Source: an uncultured bacterium | GTDB taxonomy: Bacteria > Babelota > Babeliae > Babelales > Vermiphilaceae | Direction: 5' to 3' | NCBI GenBank assembly: GCA_963702025.1 | Contig: OY969699.1 | Span: 416,001 to 480,000 of the forward strand | DNA: 64,000 nt | Part shown: positions 48,371 through 58,129 of the stretch, piece by piece | How the letters are laid out: every line of letters begins with the position of its first letter | How positions within the stretch are numbered: position 1 is the first letter of the stretch | Notes under the pieces: model-generated | What the model was told of the DNA's origin: nothing | What the model saw: only the letters and a program-made list of their open reading frames with translations | Databases searched by the model: none | Program-made: the position numbers and the translations under genes

Positions 48371-50089
48371 TCATGATATCGGACAACCGAAAAGACTTTG
48401 CGATTCTTCGTTAATTTCTTCTATTTCTTCTTCATTTTCTACGTTCTGATTATGAACGAGTAATGATGCAACTGATTCCTGTGGTTGCAGCGGCGCGTAG
48501 CGTTCTTTTAGTATTTCTTTTATGCGATAATTTTTAGAGCAATTGAGTATGTTCCAAACATACGGATCAAGTTTTTTATGATTAATGTGCTCTTTTTGAG
48601 CGATAATCAATGCGAGTAGCTCTTCGATAGTAGAATCTTTTAACAGTGTTTTATGCGTAGCATACTTATAGAGGCATGTACCATCTATAAAAAATACATT
48701 TTCTCCATTGGGTGAGAGCCCCATCGGTTTTTGTGCAAATGTACTAAATGATCCGATATGTGATGTTATTGTTTGAGATTGCTTGTCCTGGGTTGTGCCA
48801 TGAAGATAATCATGGCATGCCAACTTTTTGCCATAGCGAGTAAATCCTAACAATGTGTCAGCCGTGATACAGATTTCATCGCAGTTGTTGACTGGTATGA
48901 AGGCGCAGGTGTCTTGATGAATAAATGCATTAGTGGAAATGGCAATCCAGTTTTGTATGTTTTTTAAAGACATAAAGTGTTTTGTTTTGAGCTGTGCACG
49001 TTTGATAGAAGAAGGATCAATATATACAGTTTTTGTTATGTTACCTTTTTTAAATGAAAAGGAAACAGATTTATCAGTATTTTCTTTAAAAGACGTTTTA
49101 TGTAAAAAATTGTTATTTTTATGAAGGCTTTCAGCAAGTCGAGTTAAACTTTCTTGTATGGAAGTATTCCGATCTATAGTAGTAATCGTTTTGGTGAGTT
49201 TTTCCTGATCCACAAAATACATATCCATTTCTTCTGCGTCCGGCTTATTAGCGTAGAAATTATTATCAAGTGCTATAGTAGTTACTTGGACGGTAGTATT
49301 AGGAAGTATTGTTTTGATGCACAAAGAGTGGCCATCTTTGGTAAAATATGCCTCTTGATAGGGTTCTTCTTGTTGCCAGAATAGACACTTTCTTTTAGTT
49401 TCCAGATCAATGATGTATAAGGAAGCTTTTACTGCTTCCGTCTGAGAATTTTTTTTACAAAAAAGAGCAATGTATCGCTTATTTGGTAACAAAATAGCCT
49501 CACAGGGGTAACCGGTAGTAGTTTTTCCTTCGGTTATGCTGTTATCTGCATAGTTTATGATGGCAAACTTACCCAAACCGCCATATATAGTGGCAGTATT
49601 GAAGAAGATTGATATATGGCTATCATCCAAAACATAAATCGCAGAATACTGATGCGTATGAGTTACAAGTTTATCGGTTAACAACAGTGGTTGTGAATCA
49701 TTTATCGATTCTAAAAGTTCAGCATGATATTTGAGCAGATATGCACACAAAGAATCTTTTATATCATGGGGCAAAAGCTTAATGTTATTGAGTAATGCAA
49801 TAAGTTTTTTGTTGCTCGCTGCATCAGATTTGAATTGATCAAGTAATTGTTGGCATGCTATTTCTTTTAAACTGCGCATTCCCGGTTCAAATGGTTTGGC
49901 ATGAATAACATCAGCCGGATCTTTTGGTATTGGCTCGGGCATTTCCATTGCGGTTGCCGCAAGTGGGCATAAGCAGGCGAGTAATGCTAATATGAGTCCC
50001 GTTCGCTTGCCAGCCTTCGTTAATGGTATCTCTCGACTCGCTTGCGCTCGCTCGAGATGAACGGCTGATAATATTCTTAATAATTTCAT
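48371..50089 (-). CDS. Secreted paralog with BC-box-like motif, propeller-like core and CaaX-like end (CPIS); palindromic element inserted in signal peptide
   Basis: MRSLKEIACQQL..LPHDIK; THKTL...ELLALI..QK; ends GCPIS. Confidence 0.78.
   Translation of the reverse strand: MKLLRILSAVHLERAQASREIPLTKAGKRTGLILALLACLCPLAATAMEMPEPIPKDPADVIHAKPFEPGMRSLKEIACQQLLDQFKSDAASNKKLIALLNNIKLLPHDIKDSLCAYLLKYHAELLESINDSQPLLLTDKLVTHTHQYSAIYVLDDSHISIFFNTATIYGGLGKFAIINYADNSITEGKTTTGYPCEAILLPNKRYIALFCKKNSQTEAVKASLYIIDLETKRKCLFWQQEEPYQEAYFTKDGHSLCIKTILPNTTVQVTTIALDNNFYANKPDAEEMDMYFVDQEKLTKTITTIDRNTSIQESLTRLAESLHKNNNFLHKTSFKENTDKSVSFSFKKGNITKTVYIDPSSIKRAQLKTKHFMSLKNIQNWIAISTNAFIHQDTCAFIPVNNCDEICITADTLLGFTRYGKKLACHDYLHGTTQDKQSQTITSHIGSFSTFAQKPMGLSPNGENVFFIDGTCLYKYATHKTLLKDSTIEELLALIIAQKEHINHKKLDPYVWNILNCSKNYRIKEILKERYAPLQPQESVASLLVHNQNVENEEEIEEINEESQSLFGCPIS
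49994..50068. mobile_element. 75-bp family A palindromic element inserted in frame, with TAATAT direct repeats
   Basis: CCGTTC...GAACGG inverted ends; TAATAT at 49988-49993 and 50069-50074; net 81 nt = 27 codons absent from paralogs. Confidence 0.85.
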
Positions 50090-50107
50090 AATTTCCTCCA
50101 TTATCTT

Positions 50108-50611
50108 TTAACTATTTTTCTTGATTTCGCGAAGCGGGATGCTCAGATGTACTGCGTGAAGCTTTTTGCCGCCGATGCGATAAGTATTTTCTTTTGTTGA
50201 AATCGGCAGATTAGGATCAAATTTTTGAATGAACCGTTTGTAGGATTCAAGTAAGTCATGCTGCGAGATGCCATCATCGGTTGGCACAACTTCCCATTCA
50301 ACAAGATTACCTTCGTGAGTTTTTATATCTTCTAAGCATTTCTTGAATAATAAAAAACCGGTCCCTTTTTTGCGATATTGTTTTTGAACATAAAATGAAT
50401 CGATTGTCCAGTTTGTGGGTAACATACAATTTTGACTATAGCAAATACTGCCTACTTCAGCATGAGCAGCGCGCGCAGAAATAACATAATTATCCCATAG
50501 TTTATCATAGACTGGGCTTGATATGATCACCGGATCGGTTTGAGCCGCTTTTTCCATTGCCAATGTTTGGAGTGCAAGAGTGCCGACAATGAAAAATAAT
50601 AAATGTTTCAT
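50108..50611 (-). CDS. Secreted GNAT family acetyltransferase
   Basis: TLA-MEK; IDSFYVQKQYRKKGTG acetyl-CoA motif A. Confidence 0.8.
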   Translation of the reverse strand: MKHLLFFIVGTLALQTLAMEKAAQTDPVIISSPVYDKLWDNYVISARAAHAEVGSICYSQNCMLPTNWTIDSFYVQKQYRKKGTGFLLFKKCLEDIKTHEGNLVEWEVVPTDDGISQHDLLESYKRFIQKFDPNLPISTKENTYRIGGKKLHAVHLSIPLREIKKNS

Positions 50612-51807
50612 TATTCTGCTCCCTTATTATTTTTAGACCTTTTTGCTATCTCTTGATCTTCAAGAGCAGGATTATCTTTTCGTTTAGCGCTATTATCCGT
50701 TGGAGTGTTTATTTTATCGTCACAACATGTTGCCATATGTTCTTCGAGTGCTTCCTTTGTTTGATGTACTTTACTGCAATTGCGGCATTGTAAGTGTATC
50801 AATTTATGCTCATACAGGGTTCTCTGAGTGGAGAGAACCTTGCCGCATTCATCACAAGTTCTTTCAGATTGAGATGGATTTTTGTCAGGGTTATGTTTGT
50901 TTAATGTGTGGTTATTTAAGATCCACTTGTCGGTAAATCTAAGTATACACTCCTCACATTTATACGGTTTAGCCTCCTGGACTGGCAGGTCATATTTTTC
51001 ATAATGTTCACCACGAATATGCGATATTAAATATGTGTTTGAAAACTGTAGATGACACCATTTGCATATTTTAGTATTTTTTGCGTCATCTTTAATTTGT
51101 TGCAGCTTATTTTCAACCATCTCTGGCTTTTGGGTTCTTCCCGAATTGTTATTTTCCTCAGACGCTATTTTGAGTTTATTGGAATTATAAAAAAGTGTTT
51201 CATCGCTATCTAAGTCATCTGAATCGATTCTTTCCTCAGATGCTCTGGGTTGGGCTAATTTTAAATTTTGTGGTGTTTTTTTCCGAGAGACTTCAGCATT
51301 TTCAAGCGAATTAATATAGAGCGTGGTGTTATTATCATCGGATGTTGATTCATCGTTACCGTGTGCCCTTTTCATATGCCGCGTTAGACCGTATCGTCTT
51401 GCAAAAGTTTTGGTACAATGCTCACATGGTAACTTTTCGGTATGATTTTTTTTGTGTTGATTAAGTTCCCATTGGGTACAAAATCGCAAAGTGCATTCAT
51501 CGCAGGCAAAAGCGAGTGCCTCTTCTTGCGTAAGTCCAATTTCTTCATAATGCTTCTTTAAAACATGGTTTTTTAAATAGTCATTCTTGCTAACTTCTGT
51601 TCCGCACCATTTGCATATATTGGTACCTTTGGTGTCTTCTTCAATCTTTTTTAATGCTTCATTGTGAGCCTTGATTTGGGTTGTCCTTGTGCATGCTGCA
51701 ACAAGTGCGGCAATCGTTTCTGGTCGTTTTTCCATTGCTCCAAGTGGGAAAAAGCCAAATAAACTAAAACAACTGATTAACAAAGTTTGGTCAATAGTTG
51801 AATTCAT
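50611..51807 (-). CDS. Secreted multi-C2H2 zinc-finger protein (about 7 fingers)
   Basis: LGA-MEK; CKWC, CDEC, CEHC, CKWC, CEEC, CDEC, CRNC fingers; HTEKLP linker; C-terminal KRK...KRSK. Confidence 0.9.
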   Translation of the reverse strand: MNSTIDQTLLISCFSLFGFFPLGAMEKRPETIAALVAACTRTTQIKAHNEALKKIEEDTKGTNICKWCGTEVSKNDYLKNHVLKKHYEEIGLTQEEALAFACDECTLRFCTQWELNQHKKNHTEKLPCEHCTKTFARRYGLTRHMKRAHGNDESTSDDNNTTLYINSLENAEVSRKKTPQNLKLAQPRASEERIDSDDLDSDETLFYNSNKLKIASEENNNSGRTQKPEMVENKLQQIKDDAKNTKICKWCHLQFSNTYLISHIRGEHYEKYDLPVQEAKPYKCEECILRFTDKWILNNHTLNKHNPDKNPSQSERTCDECGKVLSTQRTLYEHKLIHLQCRNCSKVHQTKEALEEHMATCCDDKINTPTDNSAKRKDNPALEDQEIAKRSKNNKGAE

Positions 51808-51847
51808 ATAATTCTCCATTTTTTTACTTATTACTTTTTACTTCTAC

Positions 51848-52882
51848 TTAATTGTGCAATGGTATAGTTGCTGCAGTGCCAACACCAACTAATGCTGAAA
51901 CATTTGCAGAATGCTTGCGGTTATGAGCGATAAGGGCCGCTAAACCGCCCAATGCCAATGAGCCTCTTTCTATCCATGCTGATTCATTCTGTGCTTGCAG
52001 TTGATTTATCAAGCCGTTGATTGTGTTTCGATCTGAAATTTGTTGGTTGGCTAGATTTCTCATTGAAAGTTCATGATTATTTAATGCTTGTCTTGTACTG
52101 CTTTTATAAGCTAACAATCCGTTTGCTGCTTCTTGCATTTCTTGCTTGGTTGCAAATTTTTTCTCTGTCGCATTTATTTGATTAAGAAGCTCTTGTTCCC
52201 GTTGGGCCGCCAATTGAGCGTGGCATTGCAATTCATTAAACCGTTGTGCCAGTTGTTCATACGATTCTTTGAACATGGTAACGTTTTCTTGCGGGGCTTC
52301 GGTTTTAGCAGCCGTTGGCTTTGAGCTAAATACCCAACTTAAAAAACCGCCCTTATTATCTGCGGGAGCTTCCGTTTTACGTTGATTACAAAGAAGGCAT
52401 GATTGCAAGGTTTTATTGTTTGCAAAACATTTTTCATGAACCGCATGATTGCATTTATAAATATGTGGTTTGGTGCCATCATCAACCGGTTGTGCACAGA
52501 CAATGCATAACTCTTTTGCCACATTAATCGCACTATGCGGTTTAGGTTGTGGGGCACTTTGATTGCCGGCTTCAAGATCTGGTTCAGTGGATTCTTGTTG
52601 ATCCGGATAGTGGACCGTTTGATAAATAATGGTAGGAAATTCTTCCGGGTTTTCTTTACCCGTTTCAATGTCCTTGTTTTCGCGAAGAATGGCTTTGCAG
52701 TCTCGGCATCTATTTGCTCTGAAAGATAAAAGTGAAAAGGTTAAAGAATTTGAGTTAGGCTTTTCTTGCCCACAGGTGCCGCATATATTTTGGGAAGGCA
52801 TTTCCATGGCTGCTACTTGAGCAGGGATTGCAAGAGCGCCTACAATACCAATTGAAGAAAGAAATAAAACGCGTGATAACAT
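51848..52882 (-). CDS. Secreted RING-H2 finger protein with coiled coil and C-terminal hydrophobic segment
   Basis: VAA-MEMP; CIVC-x14-CNHAVHEKC-x9-CLLC. Confidence 0.8.
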   Translation of the reverse strand: MLSRVLFLSSIGIVGALAIPAQVAAMEMPSQNICGTCGQEKPNSNSLTFSLLSFRANRCRDCKAILRENKDIETGKENPEEFPTIIYQTVHYPDQQESTEPDLEAGNQSAPQPKPHSAINVAKELCIVCAQPVDDGTKPHIYKCNHAVHEKCFANNKTLQSCLLCNQRKTEAPADNKGGFLSWVFSSKPTAAKTEAPQENVTMFKESYEQLAQRFNELQCHAQLAAQREQELLNQINATEKKFATKQEMQEAANGLLAYKSSTRQALNNHELSMRNLANQQISDRNTINGLINQLQAQNESAWIERGSLALGGLAALIAHNRKHSANVSALVGVGTAATIPLHN

Positions 52883-52947
52883 AATAAACTCCATTATCTA
52901 AGGGGGGTATAAAAATATCTATTAGTACTAATTCTACCTAAAAATAG

Positions 52948-53538
52948 CTATTTGTCAATAAAGGATTGCAGGCGTTGGGCAAATAGTTTTAACCTGCGGT
53001 AATCATTGCCAACCAGTAGTGAATAAGACTGTAAAAGCTCGCAAATGGCCTCATTTTTAAGTGTTTTTAGGGTATTTTGTTGTTTTAACAGGGCCAAAAG
53101 CAGTTCATCGATGGGTAAAGGGCCTGAAAAGCCAAAAAGAAGGGGAAGATAGCTGTTTTTTGCAAAAAAGAGTCTTGCCATCTCATCGTCGGCAATGCGC
53201 AAAAATGAATGGATTTTGGGGGGTTCAGGAGGGGTGATATAATAGATCCTTCCTTTATCTTGATATCCCATGCACAGGCAGGAAAAGCTGGTTTTTAAGA
53301 ATTCAAAAATCTGAGGCTGCTCAGCCCGCAATTCTTCATGGGTTTTTTGATAGGCAAAGGGATAGCGGGTGGGATCCATAGAGCCGGTTTGAATCTGGTA
53401 TACCAGGCCAAAAAGAGGACGATTGCCATTTTGGGCGATCACTAACGAGCCAAACTGTGGCATGATGTCCCATTGCCAGCATTGGCCCAGGAATGTTTGG
53501 AGGGAACTTTCTATGATTTCCGCGCAAGGTTTGGTCAT
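52948..53538 (-). CDS. HAS-barrel domain protein
   Basis: AEIIESS, P.FGSLV, GLVY.I.TGS.DP.R, EQPQIF, PP.PPKIH. Confidence 0.7.
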   Translation of the reverse strand: MTKPCAEIIESSLQTFLGQCWQWDIMPQFGSLVIAQNGNRPLFGLVYQIQTGSMDPTRYPFAYQKTHEELRAEQPQIFEFLKTSFSCLCMGYQDKGRIYYITPPEPPKIHSFLRIADDEMARLFFAKNSYLPLLFGFSGPLPIDELLLALLKQQNTLKTLKNEAICELLQSYSLLVGNDYRRLKLFAQRLQSFIDK

Positions 53539-53552
53539 GATTTATGTCTTTT

Positions 53553-54545
53553 CTAAATGTTCTTAATTTTTTCTATAACTTTATTTGCTAACGTCACACA
53601 AAAATTCTTTGTTGTTAATTTTCGGCCGGTTATTTCTTCCAGTACCTGAATATTTATGCCTTTTGCTTTTTCCAAAGCTTTTCGGGCTTCTTTATCAGAA
53701 ATGGTATGCTTTCTTTGCTGTTCAGGTAATACGGAAAATAATTCTGGCGGAAGCAATGAAAAATAGGTTGATTTATCTTTTTGTAATGCTTCAGCTATTT
53801 TTCGTGGCTGGCCAGTGACCGTTGTATGTTTAAGCAAAAGAATCATAGCAGTAATTTGATTACACCTTATAGCGATATCAAGTGGTGTTTCCTTTTTATT
53901 GTCTTTAGAGCCCAAGTAAACAGCCGGATTGGCTAACAAGCTGGGAACTAGTTCAGAGCATTTGCCGCCTGCGCACAGATGCAATGGTGTTAAATTATTG
54001 AAAGAGCTCGGGATGCTCACGCTAATTTTGGGATGTGCAAGAAGCAGCTTTGCGATTACAACATTTTCTTGCATAATTGCTTCAAACAACGGCGTTTCGC
54101 GGTTCACCTGAATGTCCTCATATGAGAGTAACAAACCCACCATTTCAGAATTGTTTGTTTTGGTTGCTAAAAATAACGGACTATAGTATCCAGCATGCTC
54201 AGCATTTATATTTGCACCACTGCTCACCAGAGTTTTAACTTTCTCTTTTTTATTATGTTGAATAGCATTCAATAATTGCATATCTAAACGGCGTTGATCG
54301 GCTTCTTTTTTCCGCTCTTCGCGGCTTGATTGGCGGCTCGAAGAAGAGGAAGTGTTTTCACTTTCATTACTTTTAGATGAACTGCCTGAGTCTTTAGATG
54401 AATCATCTGAAGATTCGGATGAATTTGAGTTATCGAATAACATTGGATTATAAGCCATTGCATTCAAGTAAGTTGTATTTGTTGCGAGTAACACTATTAA
54501 GAAAAATATATTTATAGGCCTGAGAGTTGATAAGAAATATGACAT
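53553..54545 (-). CDS. Secreted ankyrin-repeat protein with Ser-rich N-terminus and C-terminal F-box-like motif
   Basis: LNA-MA; poly-Ser; SPLFLA, ETPLFEA, TPLHLC, ETPLDIA; STYFSLLPPEL. Confidence 0.88.
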   Translation of the reverse strand: MSYFLSTLRPINIFFLIVLLATNTTYLNAMAYNPMLFDNSNSSESSDDSSKDSGSSSKSNESENTSSSSSRQSSREERKKEADQRRLDMQLLNAIQHNKKEKVKTLVSSGANINAEHAGYYSPLFLATKTNNSEMVGLLLSYEDIQVNRETPLFEAIMQENVVIAKLLLAHPKISVSIPSSFNNLTPLHLCAGGKCSELVPSLLANPAVYLGSKDNKKETPLDIAIRCNQITAMILLLKHTTVTGQPRKIAEALQKDKSTYFSLLPPELFSVLPEQQRKHTISDKEARKALEKAKGINIQVLEEITGRKLTTKNFCVTLANKVIEKIKNI

Positions 54546-54625
54546 GCTATTTTCCTTAGCAAGTGAGAATTTATTTTTTTTTATAGTCTATCATAATTGA
54601 TCAAGTTTTCTTTTTAGTTACATAA

Positions 54626-55087
54626 TCATTGTAGGCACGTAATAAGACTCTTTATCTTTACAGCATTCATATATCGGTTATAAAGCAGCTGCTTATGATC
54701 CATTGATTCCTTACTGCCCTTTTTAAGCAGTTGGTAGGCAGCCCAAAATAAGAATACCGTAGCCGCCTCATATGCCCTCCTTGGCTCAAGCCCGTCAATA
54801 AATCGAATTCCTAAAGTTGTAAGCGCTGTTGTAAGACATAGTGCGCCTCCGAGAAAAGCTAGAGGAAAAAATGGCTTCAATTTATTAAGTTCAATTTCTC
54901 CCCTTCGATAATTGACCATTTCACTGGCCATAATCAAATAAGCAGGGTCTGAAATCTTGCATCCATTTTCTTCAATTAAAGTCTGCAGCGTCACAAGATC
55001 ACTATCGAATATTGCAGTCTCAACCAAATCCCCATATACACTCTGAATAACCATCATTACAACAACTATTAAACTTATTTTTCTCAT
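54626..55087 (-). CDS. Secreted protein with hydrophobic hairpin; paralog of the N-terminus of 58834
   Basis: DLVETAIFDSDL / DLIEKAILESNL; SEMVNYRR / SEVLLRRR; YMNAVKI / YENALKI. Confidence 0.7.
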   Translation of the reverse strand: MRKISLIVVVMMVIQSVYGDLVETAIFDSDLVTLQTLIEENGCKISDPAYLIMASEMVNYRRGEIELNKLKPFFPLAFLGGALCLTTALTTLGIRFIDGLEPRRAYEAATVFLFWAAYQLLKKGSKESMDHKQLLYNRYMNAVKIKSLITCLQ

Positions 55088-55135
55088 AATTAATCCTTGT
55101 AACCATCAGCATTATTTTCAATACAATCGTATATA

Positions 55136-56481
55136 TCAATGGTTCGGACATTTTTAACATCTGACAACTCCGGTTTCTATTACACTTTTTATCCCAGGGT
55201 GGAATTTAATCAAACTCAGGTCCAACCCTAAGATTGAAAAAATTAGATTTACCAGCATTTCATTATAGTTTCTCCTTTTGTGGCTTTGCATAGAAAATGG
55301 CGCTCTTTCATTGGTACCAGCCCCCGCTTCCGTCTCTTGAATTTTGGTCAAAAGAAGAGCGGTCGCTGAGGCATTTAAGTGGGCATGTATTTTTTCTTTA
55401 CTGCGGACTTGGAAGCCCAACAAATTGTTTTCCATCACGAAAGATGAACTCAATCTGAAAGCGTGAGCTATAGGTAACATGGATCTCCTGAGCGCTCAAA
55501 GTCAAATCGGTAGAGAACATGAGTACCAGGCCTTGCTTATTTTTACGCGTACGCACTAGACAAGCAACCTTAACCGTACACTTGAGATTTACACTATAAA
55601 AAGTTCCTTCATATAAATCATCTCCATCCTCAGTTGCGCATACAAAAGAGTAACTTTTCAAATCTTTCACATCAACTTTATCTCCATATTTTTTTGGCCG
55701 ACCTCTTCCTCCTTTTTTCTCAAAATTGAGGAACCGCAAATTAGCATCGCAACGCAACTTGCTTACTACGTGATAGCCGCATTTGCGAGCCATAGTGACA
55801 AACTTTTTGTTGGCAAAGTACGCATCAACAATGAGTAGCTTAATACTCAGAGGCAAGCCATGCAATTTCATCTTATTGAGCTGCTGTTCTGCGCAGTCAA
55901 CATAAAAATCCATTCGATTTGCTTCAGAAGCTCCAATCAACTTTTTGATTTCATCTTTTGGTGGTGTTTGGATCACCACGAGGGGATAAGCCGTATTTTT
56001 CTTAATATCGATAAGCGCGAATCCATTTCCTTCAAGACCCCTTTCAGACTTGCCGCTGGAGCCATTCCAAAATGATTCCAGGCCATAGGTTTTCTTGCCA
56101 GACTTTTTTATAAAAAACGGATCATAAGCTATTCCATAATGCCCATTTTCATCGATAATTTTGTTCACTGTCAAGCAATTGAATTGCAAGTAATCAAATG
56201 GCTTTTCAAAATTCCGAGAGAACGTTTTTTCGTCATAAGATGCATATCGCGCCATGTTACGAAAATTCATTCTTCCCCCCATCGATAATATCGTGCCAAG
56301 CATGCTTTCGATAAATTTTTTCTGAGGCTTATAAATTCCTGTCATTTTTTCTAAAATTTCCTGTATAATTTTCATTGCCGCATTTCAATCTTTTTTTAGA
56401 GGAAGTTTGATTGACTCCACTAATTATGGGTATGCGGTTTAAATTTTCAAGTTACTTTCAAAAAACTGTCCGAACTATTGA
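55136..56481 (-). mobile_element. Insertion sequence (IS701/ISH3/IS4-like DDE) with TIRs and a 5-bp TSD
   Basis: TCAATGGTTCGGACATTTTT vs TCAATAGTTCGGACAGTTTT; ATATA at 55131-55135 and 56482-56486. Confidence 0.85.
55154..56375 (-). pseudogene. Frameshifted DDE transposase
   Basis: IAYD..FI.KSGK, IVDAYF, GRGRPKKYG, Y..RFQIEF.FRD.KQ..GL; continues QVRSKEKIHAHLNAS in another frame near 55410. Confidence 0.88.
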
Positions 56482-56681
56482 ATATAAAAGAGCTAGAATT
56501 AAATGCTTGGAAATACGGACAAAAAACAACTAATGGAAAAAATTGGAAAGTATTTAAAAGTAATGAAATAATAGGCGCCAACTCTGGTAAAGAAACATGT
56601 TTTATGAGAGTTGAATGTAGTGCCAACACTATACATGGTCATCCAATTTTAGAAAGTCAATATTTGGAGCTCATTAAATGA
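56482..56681 (+). pseudogene. Orphan polymorphic-toxin C-terminal fragment
   Basis: IGANSGKETCFMRVE....IHGHPI nuclease-tip-like ending; no genuine start; ATGA overlap with an immunity-like gene. Confidence 0.55.
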
Positions 56682-57046
56682 AATCTAATAAAAAATTTAT
56701 TAAAAATCTAAAGATTCTAGATGGAATAATAATTTACGAAGATTTTGATATATCAGAGATGATTCCTTTTGAAAGCCAAAAGTATTCATTTAAAGAAGAC
56801 ATGCTTCAAATAAAATTTAACGATCGCTTCATTTTAGATGTAGGTTGGCAGCCGGAATTTGAAAAAAATGGATATTTTATCATCCGCGTTATTCTTGATA
56901 ATGATTGGCTTAATCCATTATTAGAAGCAAAAGCCCGTACGCTCAACGACTTGAAAAAAATAATAGAAAAGAGCGTTATCTTTGTAAAACAAGAAAAAGA
57001 AAAAAATTTACCTTATCGCAATATTGAATTTGAAAAATATGAATGA
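56678..57046 (+). CDS. Putative toxin immunity protein (CdiI-like)
   Basis: Acidic 122 aa; EDMLQI....LDVGW.PEF...G.F.I.VI...DW..P. Confidence 0.65.
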   Translation: MKSNKKFIKNLKILDGIIIYEDFDISEMIPFESQKYSFKEDMLQIKFNDRFILDVGWQPEFEKNGYFIIRVILDNDWLNPLLEAKARTLNDLKKIIEKSVIFVKQEKEKNLPYRNIEFEKYE

Positions 57047-57312
57047 ATTGTAGGCAGGATATTTATTACTTGAGACATTGTTTAGACGGAGTCAAGGCGA
57101 AAAATACTTTGAAATCAATCTTTTATAAGAATGAAAATATAATCGAACTTGCATTAGATGGATGGTCAAATGGACAATTTATTGATGCAAGCACTAAAGT
57201 TTATGATTGCGGTCGATTTATAGGCATTGACTTAATAGATAATCCTACAACGAAAATTAAAATTGTACTTAATGAAACTATGGACTCTTTTAGAACAGTA
57301 TTTCCGTGTTAG
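57043..57312 (+). CDS. Orphan toxin C-terminal fragment (RNase-tip-like)
   Basis: RH...KSIF...YDCGRFIG.D..DNPTTKIKIV....RTVFP. Confidence 0.55.
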   Translation: MNCRQDIYYLRHCLDGVKAKNTLKSIFYKNENIIELALDGWSNGQFIDASTKVYDCGRFIGIDLIDNPTTKIKIVLNETMDSFRTVFPC

Positions 57313-57320
57313 GAATTTTA

Positions 57321-57625
57321 ATGGGAACAAATGTATCTGCAATGTCTTACAGCCCTAAAAAATGTATCGAAATTGCTCTATTTAGTGATGAGGAAATAAA
57401 AAGACTTAGAGAAATAGAAAACCAAAACGTGAAATTGGTTTCCTTAATCGATCCTTAGGATAATACTTTTTTTAATAAAAAACAGATAAAAATGCTTTAT
57501 GGTCAACTTGATTTAATTATCACTGAAGGATGCAGCGATAGCTGTTAAGAACTCTTGATAGCTTAAAGAATGCTATTGATAAAATGCCAGATGAGTATAG
57601 CTACCTTGTTTTTTTAGGAGATTAA
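57321..57625 (+). pseudogene. Disrupted immunity-like paralog (internal stop plus frameshift)
   Basis: MGTNVS...LIDP*DNTFFNKKQI...YSYLVFLGD*, same motif as the three following ORFs. Confidence 0.7.
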
Positions 57626-57993
57626 TGGGAATGTCTTTTTGTATTATTAAAAGAATTGATGAGTTTGGAGAAATAGAGAAAATTTTTGAAAACATTGATT
57701 CTGGTTTTATTAAAAAAGTTAATGTATTTGCAGAGCGATTAAAGTTACTTCTACTTTCTTCGATAGATGGCGAGGACTGTAATATTTATAACATTATGCA
57801 ATTACAAGAAATAAAAAATGAATTGGCAGTTTTGCAAGCAAATATAAATATAGACAATTCCGGAATTCAAGTACTTCTGAAAGTTGTCGAAGAAACTATT
57901 GCAGAGGGCGATTACACGTATTTGAAAATATGTTCTATTGACAAAGATGATGAAATTATTGCGCCATTCCAACAATTTTTTAAGATCAAATAA
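57625..57993 (+). CDS. Putative immunity protein, paralog family
   Basis: LSSIDGEDCNIYNIMQL..IKNEL...YTYLKI. Confidence 0.65.
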   Translation: MGMSFCIIKRIDEFGEIEKIFENIDSGFIKKVNVFAERLKLLLLSSIDGEDCNIYNIMQLQEIKNELAVLQANINIDNSGIQVLLKVVEETIAEGDYTYLKICSIDKDDEIIAPFQQFFKIK

Positions 57994-58129
57994 ATCGTAA
58001 AAGTAATGACTTTTAAAGATACTATACGTTGTTAGAGAATGCATAGAATCAGGTAACTTCAAAACTATTATCGTCTTTGACTGAAGATGGAAAACGCATA
58101 GCCACTATGTTTCTAGTATAAGGATTAAA

